Notes: generated from the sequence alone by a model not told the origin. A stretch of DNA of 63,974 bases, filler included, from Octopus bimaculoides (GCF_001194135.2; 6 parts of 6 records of this genome joined end to end with filler, not necessarily neighbours in it), one strand, 5' to 3'; positions 12,325 to 26,502 are shown, counted from the first letter of the whole stretch. A program made the numbers and translations.

Positions 12325-12543
12325 TCAAGACCAAAGCTTACTAGTCTTGGTCATTCTATCAATGAATCTATAAACATTTCTGTAAATTGACCTGCCCGCT
12401 TTGTTTGTTGAATTGCAGAAGCAAATTCTCGTCATGGGATTTTCTTCTGTGTAACATTCATAATATGAATTCATAGCACTGAGGCAGCGAGCCAGCAGTA
12501 TCGTTACCACGCCGATGGGAAAATAAAACCTGCTTAGTGGCAT
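12325..12543 (-). CDS. Candidate small secreted Cys-containing peptide ORF
   Basis: MPLSRFYFPIGVVTILLARCLSA (hydrophobic, signal-peptide-like) followed by MNSYYECYTEENPMTRICFCNST...; composition only, no homology recognised. Confidence 0.2.
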   Translation of the reverse strand: MPLSRFYFPIGVVTILLARCLSAMNSYYECYTEENPMTRICFCNSTNKAGRSIYRNVYRFIDRMTKTSKLWS

Positions 12544-13425
12544 GTCTATGATTTTGTCTATCATCCTTTCGGTGCCAATAAGTCTTAGTCGGTACTAAGG
12601 CCGATATAATCCATTTGCCCCTCCCCCTCAGAAAGTGGTGAAATTGTGGAAGAATTTAAAACCAATATTAACTGATGGAATTCCATTGAGATAAACTGTA
12701 TCCTTCCGGTCCCGGTTCAACATTCTGTAAATACTCTATGGGTACTGAGAATAGTTCAGCATTCTAACGTGCATTTGTATATCAAAGACTCTGAGATACC
12801 TGACTGATAGTAGAAATTCTTTCGTTTGATGAGATATTATTTATAATCTGAATTCACGTTTGTTCTTGTATATCTAAAAAGACCTTGAGTCTGTTTTATC
12901 TGTTTGAAAGTGTATTCAATTTCGCTTTGTGCTATTTTTAGTATTTCTCACTGTTCCACATATGTTATCGTTGTCTCTTCGCATAGATAGGTTTCACGTC
13001 TGATTAATGTATCTCATTGTGACATTATCTACTTGGCGTCTCTTTCTTTTGAAACACCAGACATCGACGTGCAAATGTACATAAATATATAAACACACAT
13101 GCACGCACGAGCACACAGACACACAGACAATCCCACACGCACACGCACATACACACACACTCAAGCACGCTTATATATACAAGTGAGTGAACAAACGAAA
13201 GAAAAAGCACTAAACTCACACACAGACACACAAACACACTCACAACATATATATGTATGTATGTATGTATATATAAATATATTTGGGATATTTTCCACAT
13301 TTCAATTTAAATGATTTCGTAATATCTATAAATTCAAGTGTAAATTAATCATTACAAAATTTTTTTTTTTCCTTTCCAAAATTTTTCCCGCTTACACAGA
13401 GACTTTCTTCTATTTAGCGACATAC

Positions 13426-13664
13426 TTGAAAAAGATATTTGAAAGAATTCTGAAAAGGATCTCGCTTTAACGTTAATGCGAAAGGGCTTGTTGGATGCTC
13501 AAACTTCAGTCTTATTCTCCATCGCATTGAGAAAACCTTTGAATAGAACAGGACCAGTGAGACAAACAAATCTTGTGCTGCAATGGTATAAGTACGTTTA
13601 TCATAGAAGGTATATTGCTCAATGGTCTCGTCCTGGATAACTTGCGAAAGTGATACCAGCATAT
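13426..13664 (-). CDS. Candidate exon of unknown product (MLVSLSQVIQDETIEQYTFYDKRTY...DPFQNSFKYLFQ)
   Basis: 79-codon open frame in unique sequence ending exactly at a CAA|gtatgt donor; the acceptor (catttgag) is weak; no homology recognised. Confidence 0.25.
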
Positions 13665-14744
13665 CTCAAATGCACTAACGAAATACTATCTATCTTCAAA
13701 AATCTTACAAATAGTATCGCATGCACAGCGGTGCTGGAAATATTTTCAGGCGATCCCAGTAATCGACTTCACATTCATTCATACCTTGCAAATAAAAACA
13801 TCCTACCATTTTGATGTTGCTGCAGCAATTAGTAATTGTACGTCTTCTCCTGCTATGCCGTCTAAGATTTAGAGTAGAAGAAAAATAAAGCCGATTCTAT
13901 TTTTGACAATAACAATTGATTCTCTTCATTGCGTCGTGTTTTATTTATATCTTCTTATACACATGAAGTAGCATGGATATATCAGTGGATGTATACGCAC
14001 ACGAGTAAAACTAATTACACTCAAGCACATCCATCCATCAATCCACCCATTCTCCTATCCCTACACACATATATACACACAGAAACACACACATATTAAC
14101 ACATATTTTATATTGCTTGCGAATGAATTTCTAAATGGTTTCTTTTACATTATAATTACTTCAGGTAAATAAATGATAAAATGTTGTCACTTAATGAATA
14201 TTATGGGATACAAATATTATCTCCATATAAACATTCACGAAAAAACGCTAACTTCTGTATTGCGAAATATTCCCTTAATAACGAAGCAGAGGTTGGGAAG
14301 GAATGATCGGTCTCGAAGTTGAGCACTGCACGTTGGAACACAAAGAAAATGCCCCGAAAATGTGATAGAACTGAGATGAAGAAATAAAAAGTTACACATG
14401 AAACTCATGTATATCATTTGATGTGGTTCACTTTACGCTGACAGTCACAGATAATGGTCTCATGTGCTCCACTCTCAAAGAGACGTCAGTTCTTTGCAGG
14501 TTTACACCTTTACAGGTGAGTGGACTGATACAACGTAAAATAAAGAGCTTTGTTGAAGGGCACAGCGCAGCGCACCGTGTGAGGACTGAAACCACACTAT
14601 TGCGATCGTCAGTGTGAGAAGCTACTACTAGGTCATGTGCCTAGATGTAGTGGCTGACACACATACACGAACACATTAACGCGCATACAGGCGCGCGCGC
14701 ATACACAGGCACCCAAATATTAATAAGTGGGAGTAGTATCTTTT

Positions 14745-15075
14745 CTTTCACTTGTTTCAGTTTTGACTGTGGCCATACTGGAGCATCAGCTTCAAGGGTC
14801 TTCGGCGAGCAAATTGACGCCATGACTTATTTTGTAAAGCCTTGTACTTGTTTTATCGGTTATCTTTGCCGAACCGCAGATTTACGGGGACGTAGATGCA
14901 TCAGCACCGGTTATCAAGTGGTGATGAGGGGGACACACACACAGATGTATACGTACACATACACACACTATTATACACACAGACACGCATGTATATATAA
15001 AAGAATGGAACTGGAACCATGTGCTTCTTTTTACACAGCCACGCCGGCTCCTAATCTTACCACATAGCCGCGCCT
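14745..15075 (-). mobile_element. CORE-type SINE family D
   Basis: Tail cacttgtttcagttttgactgtggccatactggagc..., (CA)n, head ggaaccatgt...accacatagcc. Confidence 0.75.
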
Positions 15076-15552
15076 GTGGTTATAGAGACACAAGAAAAGT
15101 GAAAGTCAACGATAAATGGAACAATAGAAGAGAAAATTAAGATGAATTACAAATGGAATGCCATTCTGTTAGTTTAAGAAGCTATATACAATCAGTGACA
15201 TATAAACATTTGTGCACATTGTTGAATATATATGACAGGTTCGTACATGTTTTAGTGGTTAATGGGTTGCATTCGTGATCGCGACAGTGTAGTTTCGAAT
15301 ACCGGAAGGGCATGCCATGTTAGGTGTGACAGACTGTACGTCTGTACGTGCAATGTCAATGGAGGGTACATCACACATATTTTAGAACTATAAACAAATA
15401 ATCAATGAAGGCGATTCAGTAAAAATTTCCGGAACATTCATTTGTTGTTTGCGACAGGAAGAATCGTTATACTTACACAATCACATACGCTCACGCATAC
15501 ACTCACTGACACATACACGCACACAGACACACACACACACAAGACACACACA

Positions 15553-15597
<45 letters not shown>

Positions 15598-16107
15598 ACA
15601 CACACACACACACAAAATTTATAACATACTTGTTTATAACACTACATTTTCTGGAACACAATATAACTGTCATACGTCGTGTTTGTGTATAGATATATAT
15701 ATGTATATATTATGAGTGTATATAATGTATACGTGTATGTATATGCATATATAAATACACGTATATATGAACACGTGTACACACACAGAAATATATATTT
15801 ATATATGCTTGTGTGTATATATATATATATATATANNNNNNNNNNNNNNNNNNNNNNNNNNNNNNNNNNNNNNNNNNNNNNNNNNNNNNNNNNNNNNNNN
15901 NNNNNNNNNNNNNNNNNNNNNNNNNNNNNNNNNNNNNNNNNNNNNNNNNNNNNNNNNNNNNNNNNNNNNNNNNNNNNNNNNNNNNNNNNNNNNNNNNNNN
16001 NNNNNNNNNNNNNNNNNNNNNNNNNNNNNNNNNNNNNNNNNNNNNNNNNNNNNNNNNNNNNNNNNNNNNNNNNNNNNNNNNNNNNNNNNNNNNNNNNNNN
16101 NNNNNNN

Positions 16108-16139
<32 letters not shown>

Positions 16140-16752
16140 TTCTTGAAGTAATAGTGATATTTTGCTTCTAGAAAATTTGGAATTTAGAAGAAGTAACATT
16201 TATCGTTTTCAAACATAAAATTTAGAATTAATTTACAGAAGCATATCGACACAAATCAGCGAATTAAACACCTGATGGCCCTCGGCTAAAAGAATTTCAA
16301 AATATGCATGACAGCATAAATTAGATATATACGCAAACATCTGAGGAAGTGCGTGTATGTATATGCATAGGTAGATGTATAGATGATGGGAAAACAAATG
16401 CAATTTCATTTCACATATTCGAGTTTATACAAAAGATTCAGCAAATTGTATGGAGGGTCACTGGTGCATCGAAATAACATGGAATAAATAGAATGCTATG
16501 CAGCGTCATGTAACATCTTATTCAAATGTAATCGAATAGTAAATATGAATCAAAGAAAGCCAACTTGAGTGTGAATATAACCGTATCTAGAATATAAAGT
16601 TGTCAATGTTCTTTGTATGAATGGAGGAATATATTTTAAATGCTTTATTGAAGGTTACACATACACACACAGATACGCACGCAGGCACACACACGCACAT
16701 GAGTATGTTCACACACCTACATACATGCATATATATAGATGTCTATGTATTA

Positions 16753-16805
<53 letters not shown>

Positions 16806-17082
16806 NNNNNNNNNNNNNNNNNNNNNNNNNNNNNNNNNNNNNNNNNNNNNNNNNNNNNNNNNNNNNNNNNNNNNNNNNNNNNNNNNNNNNNNNNNNNNNN
16901 NNNNNNNNNNNNNNNNNNNNNNNNNNNNNNNNNNNNNNNNNNNNNNNNNNNNNNNNNNNNNNNNNNNNNNNNNNNNNNNNNNNNNNNNNNNNNNNNNNNN
17001 NNNNNNNNNNNNNNNNNNNNNNNNNNNNNNNNNNNNNNNNNNNNNNNNNNNNNNNNNNNNNNNNNNNNNNNNNNNNNNNNNN

Positions 17083-17117
<35 letters not shown>

Positions 17118-17119
<2 letters not shown>

Positions 17120-17365
17120 ATTCTTTTATATATTTAGTTACTGATACACACAGCTGAACGCACACACACACACACATACAAATAAATATAGATGTGTCTA
17201 TGCATATGTTATATGTATTATATGTGTGTTTATATATATAATCATAAACTTCATATATCTATCTATCTATACACATATATACATACAAGCACACATATAT
17301 ATACATTCTTTTATATATTTAGTTACTGATACACACATGAACGCACACACACGCATACAAACAAA
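17118..17365. repeat. Direct repeat of about 60 bp, copies 185 bp apart
   Basis: acattcttttatatatttagttactgatacacaca at 17118 and 17303. Confidence 0.85.
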
Positions 17366-18019
17366 AAACATACATACACACAAACAAGCAAAGAAACATG
17401 TGAATGCTTTGTCATGCACACGGACAAGAAGTGTGCGAACTTACATCCATTGTAGTATATTATCATTGTTGCTTCGTTAATACCTACTTCCAATGCAGAA
17501 CCTGCCGTAGTTCAGTGCTCAATGAGTATATGCAGTGTTAGCTCTTCCTTTTGCATTTGCATCCCATTGGATATATCCTGCATAATATGGGTGCATTGTG
17601 CTTCAGAGCGTTCGATTGGCAGAATCGCTAAAATAACGGGGGAAAATATTTTGCGGTATTTCTTCGGGAATTTTTCTTTCTGATTTCAAATCCAGGTGAT
17701 TCTAGATTTCCCATTTATTTATCCGGTATCTATTTTACATACTGAAATAAACGGCTCGGCGATATAGCAGAATAATTAAAAGACCAGGCATGAAGCTTCG
17801 TCGGTCTTAGTCCGGTGTTTCGCCCGTCATTATGTTCTGAGTTCAAAATGCCACGCTCGTTCAGTTCGCCAGATTTCGTACCTGCAGTATTCTAACTCTT
17901 CACCAAGATGAAAACCCAGCTCAATCTCACTGTTTTAACACCATTGTAGAGATCTAGAACGAATCGCAGAAGGTCCTCGACTCGCCTATGGAAAACGAGT
18001 TCCACGCCGGATTCCCCAA

Positions 18020-18359
18020 ATGACAGAAGCGCTGACGAGGAGGGTTCCATTTGATCCGAACAACAGAACAGCCTGCTCGTGAAATTAACGTGCAAGTGGC
18101 TGAGTACTCCAGAGACACGTATACCCTTAACCTAGTTCACGAAGAGATTCAGCGTGACACAGTGTGACAAGGCTGCCTTTAGAAATACAGGTACGACAGA
18201 AACAAGAAGAAAGAGTGAGGCCTCATGGAACTACCGAGGCCTCATTGAACTTTAGGTATTTTCGTTCAATAAGCACTCACATCGCCCGGTCTGGGAATCG
18301 AAACCCCGTTCCTATAGGCACGTGTCCACTGCCCTAACCACTGGGCCATTGCACCTCCA

Positions 18360-18361
<2 letters not shown>
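18020..18361 (-). mobile_element. tRNA-derived SINE with family C tail
   Basis: Reverse complement: ggaggtgcaatggcccagtggttagggcag...gtttcgattcccagaccgggc...gcagccttgtcacactg...ggaaccctcctcgtc. Confidence 0.75.
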
Positions 18362-18413
<52 letters not shown>

Positions 18414-21400
18414 AAATGTATATATATAAAATGTGTATATGCACATATATATATACACATACAATATATAATATATATATAAGTATAACGCGCACACACA
18501 CATATACATATATAGACATACGTAATTCTACGTGAAGAGAGAGAGAGAGTGACAGAGAGAGAGGAAGTGACGCTTTTTATGCTTGCTCCTTACATGAACT
18601 ACTTTAACACGAACTGTGCAGAAATCAGGAAAGTAATTAACTCCCAGAAACATATATCAGATGTCGCCTTGTAGCCGTTCTCATGTAGAATAATAGTCTA
18701 ATGGATTTTTATATTGTACTTTTTTTCAAAAACAACACATTGATCACAACAGTTAAATGATTTAGATGAAAGAACATGAGGCAAGTTTACATTTGGCTCA
18801 TTTGAAATCAACACATTAAAGACACTCTTTTTGTCCTACTTTCTATTTCTTCAAAAACCAACAAATATAAAAGGTTACTGAAATCAAAGTAATTTGGTTG
18901 CAGCTGATAGGTCAGTAGAATGCACTTGAAATTTTGAGGGCACGCTTATATTTCTAGAAGTAGCACAATATAGCATGAATTTCTCGTAATGAATTGAAAT
19001 GTTCTGCTTGAAACATAGACATAGAAAAACTGAAACGACACGAACCCACGCACCCACGAACACACACACTCCTATATATATATATATATATATATATATN
19101 NNNNNNNNNNNNNNNNNNNNNNNNNNNNNNNNNNNNNNNNNNNNNNNNNNNNNNNNNNNNNNNNNNNNNNNNNNNNNNNNNNNNNNNNNNNNNNNNNNNN
19201 NNNNNNNNNNNNNNNNNNNNNNNNNNNNNNNNNNNNNNNNNNNNNNNNNNNNNNNNNNNNNNNNNNNNNNNNNNNNNNNNNNNNNNNNNNNNNNNNNNNN
19301 NNNNNNNNNNNNNNNNNNNNNNNNNNNNNNNNNNNNNNNNNNNNNNNNNNNNNNNNNNNNNNNNNNNNNNNNNNNNNNNNNNNNNNNNNNNNNNNNNNNA
19401 CATATATGAAATTGGAATTTCAGTGAACTTTCTAGAGTGTAGCCATTAATAATTATATTCGTTTCACAAAAGTTACTCGTTAATTAGTAGCTTTATTCAT
19501 TACAGTATATGTTTCTGTTTTCGATACAGAGTCATCTACAGCATTTCTCATAGTCTATGAAATAATATGAAATAATATGAAATAACCTGTGTGGTGTTTG
19601 TACTTCCGATTGCACTGAATGTATTCTGCATTGTGAATGTGTAGTATGGTCAGCGGAGCGGCAGAATCGTCGGAACTTTGAACACATTGACTTGTTATTT
19701 CAGGTGACAAAATTGTATATTCTAATTTTCCATTTGCTCGTGGCCAGCTTATGCTTCGTATTTTCTTTCGATTGATAAGAACAAATATAAGCTAAGTTCC
19801 ATGTTTTTTTTCTTAAACAAGTTCCACGTCCAACTCAGTAAATACATTCAGAATTTACACTGATGACGCTACTACATAATGATATTAGTATACCAGCAGG
19901 ATTTTCGTCGTAGTAACATTTTCTATCATGAATTCTTTTCTTTCTCTATTCCTAATTCCTTTTGTTTGCAATGGGGATTAATATTTTTACAATTATTACT
20001 AAAATGTTTAGAAGACTGTTCTTTGCGCTATGTTTCCTCTCTAAGGTTATAAATATTAAGCAATCACCTTTATAACATTTCTCGATAAATATTTTCTTCT
20101 TTGTTGTGTGTGTCTACTGCATTCATACTAACTCACCAGTTCTTTATTCCTTTGAGTATGTCTTTAGTGAAATTCATTTATATTTTTTCACTATCTAACA
20201 ATGATTCTACGTGCCTTTTTTTCAGAATACAACATTCCTTGAGGTTTAGCGCGGATTATTACATCCCTGCATTTTCGATATAAGGTAAGTCTTTCTCTAG
20301 CTTATGTTTTCTATATCTGAACAAAATATTTTAGTGTTTCTTCTACAATTTTTTCTATCATTTTAAATGCTTTACGCATGACTTGCCTCTAGAGGAAACT
20401 CTTTATCTTCACATTATTCCCACATTAAGAAATTCTTATCCTAGCATTTTATATTTTCATATCTGTTTTTTTTTCTTCTTGTTCAATGATATATCTCTGC
20501 TAAATATGGGACGTCGGATGACCAATATTAGGAATACAAATGTGGGAATGGGAAATATGGAGTCCAATGGAAGCGAATGACAACGCCATTGGAAATCTAG
20601 ACATTTTCCTCGCCAGTTCATATTTCCGACATCAGATGCGTTTAGATACAAATGGTCTTCGTGAGTAGAATACTTGGTTGATATTGTTGTAGTAAATCAA
20701 AACGCATTAAACATCCTCTTTCTTACAATGACGATGTTGAACGCATTTCGCTACATTCCCCTGTTGTACGAACGACTCTGATTGCTGTGAGCAAGCCAGC
20801 AGGTGCCATACAGAAGCAAGTAGAAAACACTTATTGCAGACATAGAAAAGTGGAAAAGATGAGACACTCCTGAAAATAACGCAATTGCTTGGAAACATAC
20901 ACATATCAGTATACTCCGATACCTCGAACAAGTAATACAGAAGTCAGCCTGAATGCATCACTGAATGCCTGAATGCATCCCCTTCTGCGAAGGTGTTTCA
21001 GATTACGCCATTGACAGATATTGATTTAAGTTATATTTTAATTGACGGAATGGAATTTTTTTATGCAAGATATTTTGAAATAATCATGAAGAATGCTTCG
21101 CCAGTTTCCTGCTCGTCAACCACCGCAACCTGCATCGCTTTCTTAGCTTCATTAATGAATATTTAATGAATCTGTAAATACTCATTTCACATTAAATATG
21201 GTGAATGTTCATTACGCATGCGTTATTACATGCGACACGACTCTCATATTGCAACTAGATTGATTCTCTTACGAAATGCTCACTAACTTGTGTATATAAC
21301 TTTAAGAACCATTCTAATTCCTCTTATATTGAGGTTTAGCTAGACGTTTATATATTTGTTTCGTTTAGAATTTTAAAAGTATGACTATTCAGAAATTATA

Positions 21401-21442
21401 TATGAGGTCTATATAATTTCATGATCAGTTATTCTGTTACTC

Positions 21443-21640
21443 TTTTACTTGTTTCAGTCATTTGACTGCGGCCATGCTGGAGCACCGCCTTTAGTCGAGT
21501 AAATCGACCCCAGGACTTATTCTTTGTAAGTCTAGTACCTATTCTATCGGTTTCTTTTTCCGAACCACTAAGTTACGGGGACGTAAGCATACAAGCAACG
21601 GTTGTCAAGCGATGTTGGAGGGACAAACACAGACACACAA

Positions 21641-21677
<37 letters not shown>

Positions 21678-21860
21678 TATATACATATACATATATACGA
21701 CGGGCTTCTTTCAGTTTCCGTCTAGCAAATCCACTGACTAGGCTTTGGTCGGCCCGAGGTTATAGTAGTAGACACTCACCCAAGGTGCCACGCAGTGGTA
21801 CTGAACCCAGAACCATGTGGTTGCTAAGCAAGCTACTTATCACACAGCCACTCCTGCGCC
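21443..21860 (-). mobile_element. CORE-type SINE family D, full length, young
   Basis: High identity to the 46424-46806 copy; CpGs retained. Confidence 0.9.
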
Positions 21861-22044
21861 TATGTTATATACAATATATTGAGGACTTGGATAATGCAAA
21901 AGTACCAACAAAAATGTTGAATTCGTTTGCTTTAGCTAGACTAATCAATGAATAATAGAAATTTCCAACATATACAAGCCTACTTCACAAATGGTACCAT
22001 ACACAATCTTCAGTTTTTCCCGATTAAACGCAAATACGCAGGTT

Positions 22045-22278
22045 TGTTTTACTTCTGATTTAATTGGCTTCAAATTTTGACACAAAGCCAGTCATTTCGA
22101 CTAGGAGAGCAAGTCAATAACATCGACCCCATTGCTTAACTGGTACTTACTTTATCGACTTCGAAAGGATGAAATTTAAAGAAGACCCCGGCGGAATTTC
22201 AACTCAGAACGTAAAGACGACCAAACTGCAGCTAAACATTTTACCTGATGTGGTAACGATTCTGCCAGCTCCCCGCCC
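22045..22278 (-). mobile_element. Family A SINE
   Basis: tggtacttactttatcgacttcgaaaggatgaaa...aactcagaacgtaaagacg...gattctgccagctc. Confidence 0.75.
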
Positions 22279-23123
22279 TAAATTCATATTAGAAGAATTG
22301 TACATTGTTTCTTTTACACCACAGTAGTATATGTTTTCTACGATATATCGACTCTCATTTTGCCAAAATGTATGTGCTTCCGTATGAAACATTTATCATA
22401 CAGCTGTTGTTGAAAATCGATTTCCAAATAAATTTCACTAAATAACATCGCAATATCATGCTTCATCCCGTGAGTATATATCATCTTCACGGAATACAGT
22501 ACAAGTAGGCTTCAGTGTATTTTGGCTTTTTTTTTTATTCTGAATATTTAGAATTTGCCTGCAGAGAATATCCTGAGAGAGGAGAGGGAAAGATAAGGAA
22601 TGGACTAAAGATTCGAGGAATGAGAAATTTAAAAGACCATAAATTTTCAGAATAAGATCAATACTTCATAAATACCCAAACAGAATGGTCAATTAACTGC
22701 ACTACAAAATTTAAACGACTGACTTCGTATTAAAGCCATATAATTCAAGATACATCATATTTAGTTAATTATAAATGAGTTACTGTATTAAATGACTGAA
22801 CAAAATATAACTTCCAGATCAAAGTTGCAGGGAAATTTCAAAAGAAACTCTGAATGATATTAAAGAATCTATTAACTATGTGATCTTGTAGACTTCTATA
22901 ATTGCCTGTCTTCTTGCAACACACCAAAGTCCTACTAATATCTTTTTTTTTTTTATAAATTTCAGTGATCGAATTTACAGTTGTGATGCATATAGAATGA
23001 ATAATTGCCAAGTCCTACATTCGCAGATAACTTGAATTTTCTGTTAAGATTCCATAGTAATTGATTCTGTTTACGTAACTTAAATAGTATAAATATACGC
23101 GTGTATACATACGTACATACATG

Positions 23124-23166
<43 letters not shown>

Positions 23167-24945
23167 AGATAGAGATAAATAGNNNNNNNNNNNNNNNNNN
23201 NNNNNNNNNNNNNNNNNNNNNNNNNNNNNNNNNNNNNNNNNNNNNNNNNNNNNNNNNNNNNNNNNNNNNNNNNNNNNNNNNNNNNNNNNNNNNNNNNNNN
23301 NNNNNNNNNNNNNNNNNNNNNNNNNNNNNNNNNNNNNNNNNNNNNNNNNNNNNNNNNNNNNNNNNNNNNNNNNNNNNNNNNNNNNNNNNNNNNNNNNNNN
23401 NNNNNNNNNNNNNNNNNNNNNNNNNNNNNNNNNNNNNNNNNNNNNNNNNNNNNNNNNNNNNNNNNNNNNNNNNNNNNNNNNNNNNNNNNNNNNNNNNNNN
23501 NNNNNNNNNNNNNNNNNNNNNNNNNNNNNNNNNNNNNNNNNNNNNNNNNNNNNNNNNNNNNNNNNNNNNNNNNNNNNNNNNNNNNNNNNNNNNNNNNNNN
23601 NNNNNNNNNNNNNNNNNNNNNNNNNNNNNNNNNNNNNNNNNNNNNNNNNNNNNNNNNNNNNNNNNNNNNNNNNNNNNNNNNNNNNNNNNNNNNNNNNNNN
23701 NNNNNNNNNNNNNNNNNNNNNNNNNNNNNNNNNNNNNNNNNNNNNNNNNNNNNNNNNNNNNNNNNATTTAAATATGGTGCAAAGGTTTTAGATTTGTATG
23801 TAATATTTCTAAGAAGTAGTAATGTTTCTTATCCGAATCTCAGCTGTAATGATGTTTTTCAATGTAAAAAGCATTGCTCTGCGAAAACATCGTAAATCTG
23901 TTTATACATAAATATATACATACATACATACAAACGTGCGTACATATGTATCTATCACCTTGTGATATATATATACATATATATTTGATGTTTTCACTCA
24001 AAATATACACATTAATACTTTGTAATATAATGTCCACAGATAGCAGATCACTATCTTGGAGCAATAACAAAACTTAAATTCAGAAAAGTAGGGATAAGTA
24101 AAAAATACTTCTTCCACAGCATTAAAACAAATTTTTCAATATTTCAATAGACATTATTCTTGGAAAGATTATGATATTGATAAGGTGAGAGTGTCGGCTG
24201 AACTAATTTCCTTGTAGATCACTTCGGTGTCTGAGAATTTGGGATTAAATAGAAGTAATTGTATTTTAGCCGCTGCTATTAGTATTTCGTTAAAGCATTG
24301 CAAGGTCTCAGATTAGTCAGGGTTTCAAATTAGATACTGGTATCCAGTCATTTTGATGACTCAACATCCGCTCCGTACAGTTATCTATATATTCCTGTAT
24401 AACATCACACATCCGGCTGTCATTGAGGGATACGGGCTCGTTCTTGTCAGTCAAAAATGTATGATTTTCTTTCAATACTGCAGCGTTTCCACCCAGACAC
24501 ATAGTAAAGCTTTTGGTTTTTCTTGCATCACTACGCAATCATCAAATTTCTTGTTGAAGATGAGAACTAAGTTATATTTCTTCGCAATCAAGCGCATTGG
24601 AAACCAAGTCTTTCTTAGTCTTCTCTTAAAATATATATGCATTAATCTCATCTGGTCTTTGTCTTTTGATTCTGAGTTATGAGATGAAGTGTACAGCCAG
24701 GAAATATTTGTGTAGCGTAGATTAGAGAAATGAAATTTCATTATCCTTATTTCTGGCACTGCTCTCTACTTCCACTGGATTTTGCTCTTAACACCAACCT
24801 CGCATGTAATTCATGAACGGTTGAATATTCTGGTTTGCAATGTCAGTTAATGGTTGCAAGCTTTGTGAAAATGGAGAAAAAGGGCAACAAAGAATTTAAA
24901 TAATGCATTTATATAATAACGTGTGTATATACATATATATATGTA

Positions 24946-24984
<39 letters not shown>

Positions 24985-26020
24985 NNNNNNNNNNNNNNNN
25001 NNNNNNNNNNNNNNNNNNNNNNNNNNNNNNNNNNNNNNNNNNNNNNNNNNNNNNNNNNNNNNNNNNNNNNNNNNNNNNNNNNNNNNNNNNNNNNNNNNNN
25101 NNNNNNNNNNNNNNNNNNNNNNNNNNNNNNNNNNNNNNNNNNNNNNNNNNNNNNNNNNNNNNNNNNNNNNNNNNATATATAATAATAATAATAATAACGT
25201 ATATATATATATATATATATGTATTAATGAATGGTTTTTCAAAATCTCTATATATTGCAATGCATATTTGAATGAATTTTCCAAACAGAATATGGATTAA
25301 TGTAACCAAATTCGAGCTTATCAACTTGGAAAGGCAATCTGATCTATAAGAGGCAACGGTAGCAACCAGCCAACAAGGGAATAACGTATGTCATGTTTTA
25401 CTAAGATAACACTGTTGCATTGAATAGGAAAGTGCCTCGAATATTTGGTTAATACAAACAAAAAAATCAGTAGTATGTATCTGAGGATCTGTTGATAGAA
25501 CTTTTTTTATGTGAGCTTCATATGGTTTATTTAAAAAATATTTGCATTAAAATGGGCGTGTAAAATAATACACACGCATGCGCACACATGGCATTCATTT
25601 ATATATATATTGGGGGAGGGGGCGTTAAAGTATCTGTATAGTCCTCTATCTCATTGGTGTATTTATTTATGTATTCATTCATTCCCCTTACTTTATCATG
25701 TTCTTCATATATTTATATTTACCCTCTTTCTAGTTGTCCAACTTAGTTTTTCCTCTTATTCATTCTTCATGCTTTTCTCCCTTTTCCTCTCTACCTCTTT
25801 GTCTTTGTTCTTTTTTTCTATCTTCTTTTCTCTATTCTTTTTCCTCCTATTTTTTCTCACCTTCTATTTTACATAAGTCTATATTTCCTCTTTTCTTTTC
25901 TCTTTTCTTTCATTCCGCTTCATCTTTCTTAGTCTCTCTCAGCCAATTTCCACTTCCCCCTGAAATGAATTATAGAACACCCATTCATTAAGGCACCTGT
26001 ATGCAATGCTGTGTCCCTTG

Positions 26021-26402
26021 AAGGCGGCGAGCTGGCAGAAACGTTAGCACACCGGGGGAAATGCTTAGAGGTATTTTGTATGTCGCTGCGTTCTCAGTTC
26101 TAATTCCGCCGAGATCGACTTTGCCTTACATCCTTTCAGGGTCGATAAATTAAGTACCAGTTACGCACTGGGATCGATGTGATCGACTTAATCCCTTTGT
26201 CTGTCCTTGTTTGCCCCTCTATGTTTAGCCCCCTGTCGGTAATAAAGAAATCAATATTAATTTCGAGAAAGGCTTTGAGTTGGCAGAAACGTTAGCACGC
26301 CGCGCGAAATGCTTAGCTGTATTTCGTCTGTCTTTATGTTCTGAGTTCAAATTCCACCGAGGTTGACTTTCATCCTTTCGGAGTCGATAGATTAAATACC
26401 AG
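26021..26402 (+). mobile_element. Two head-to-tail family A SINEs (second cut by a gap)
   Basis: aaggcggcgagctggcagaaacgttagcac at 26021 ending aataaagaaa at 26250; second head ggcagaaacgttagcacgcc at about 26282. Confidence 0.85.
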
Positions 26403-26502
26403 NNNNNNNNNNNNNNNNNNNNNNNNNNNNNNNNNNNNNNNNNNNNTTAATTAATTAANNNNNNNNNNNNNNNNNNNNNNNNNNNNNNNNNNNNNNNNNN
26501 NN

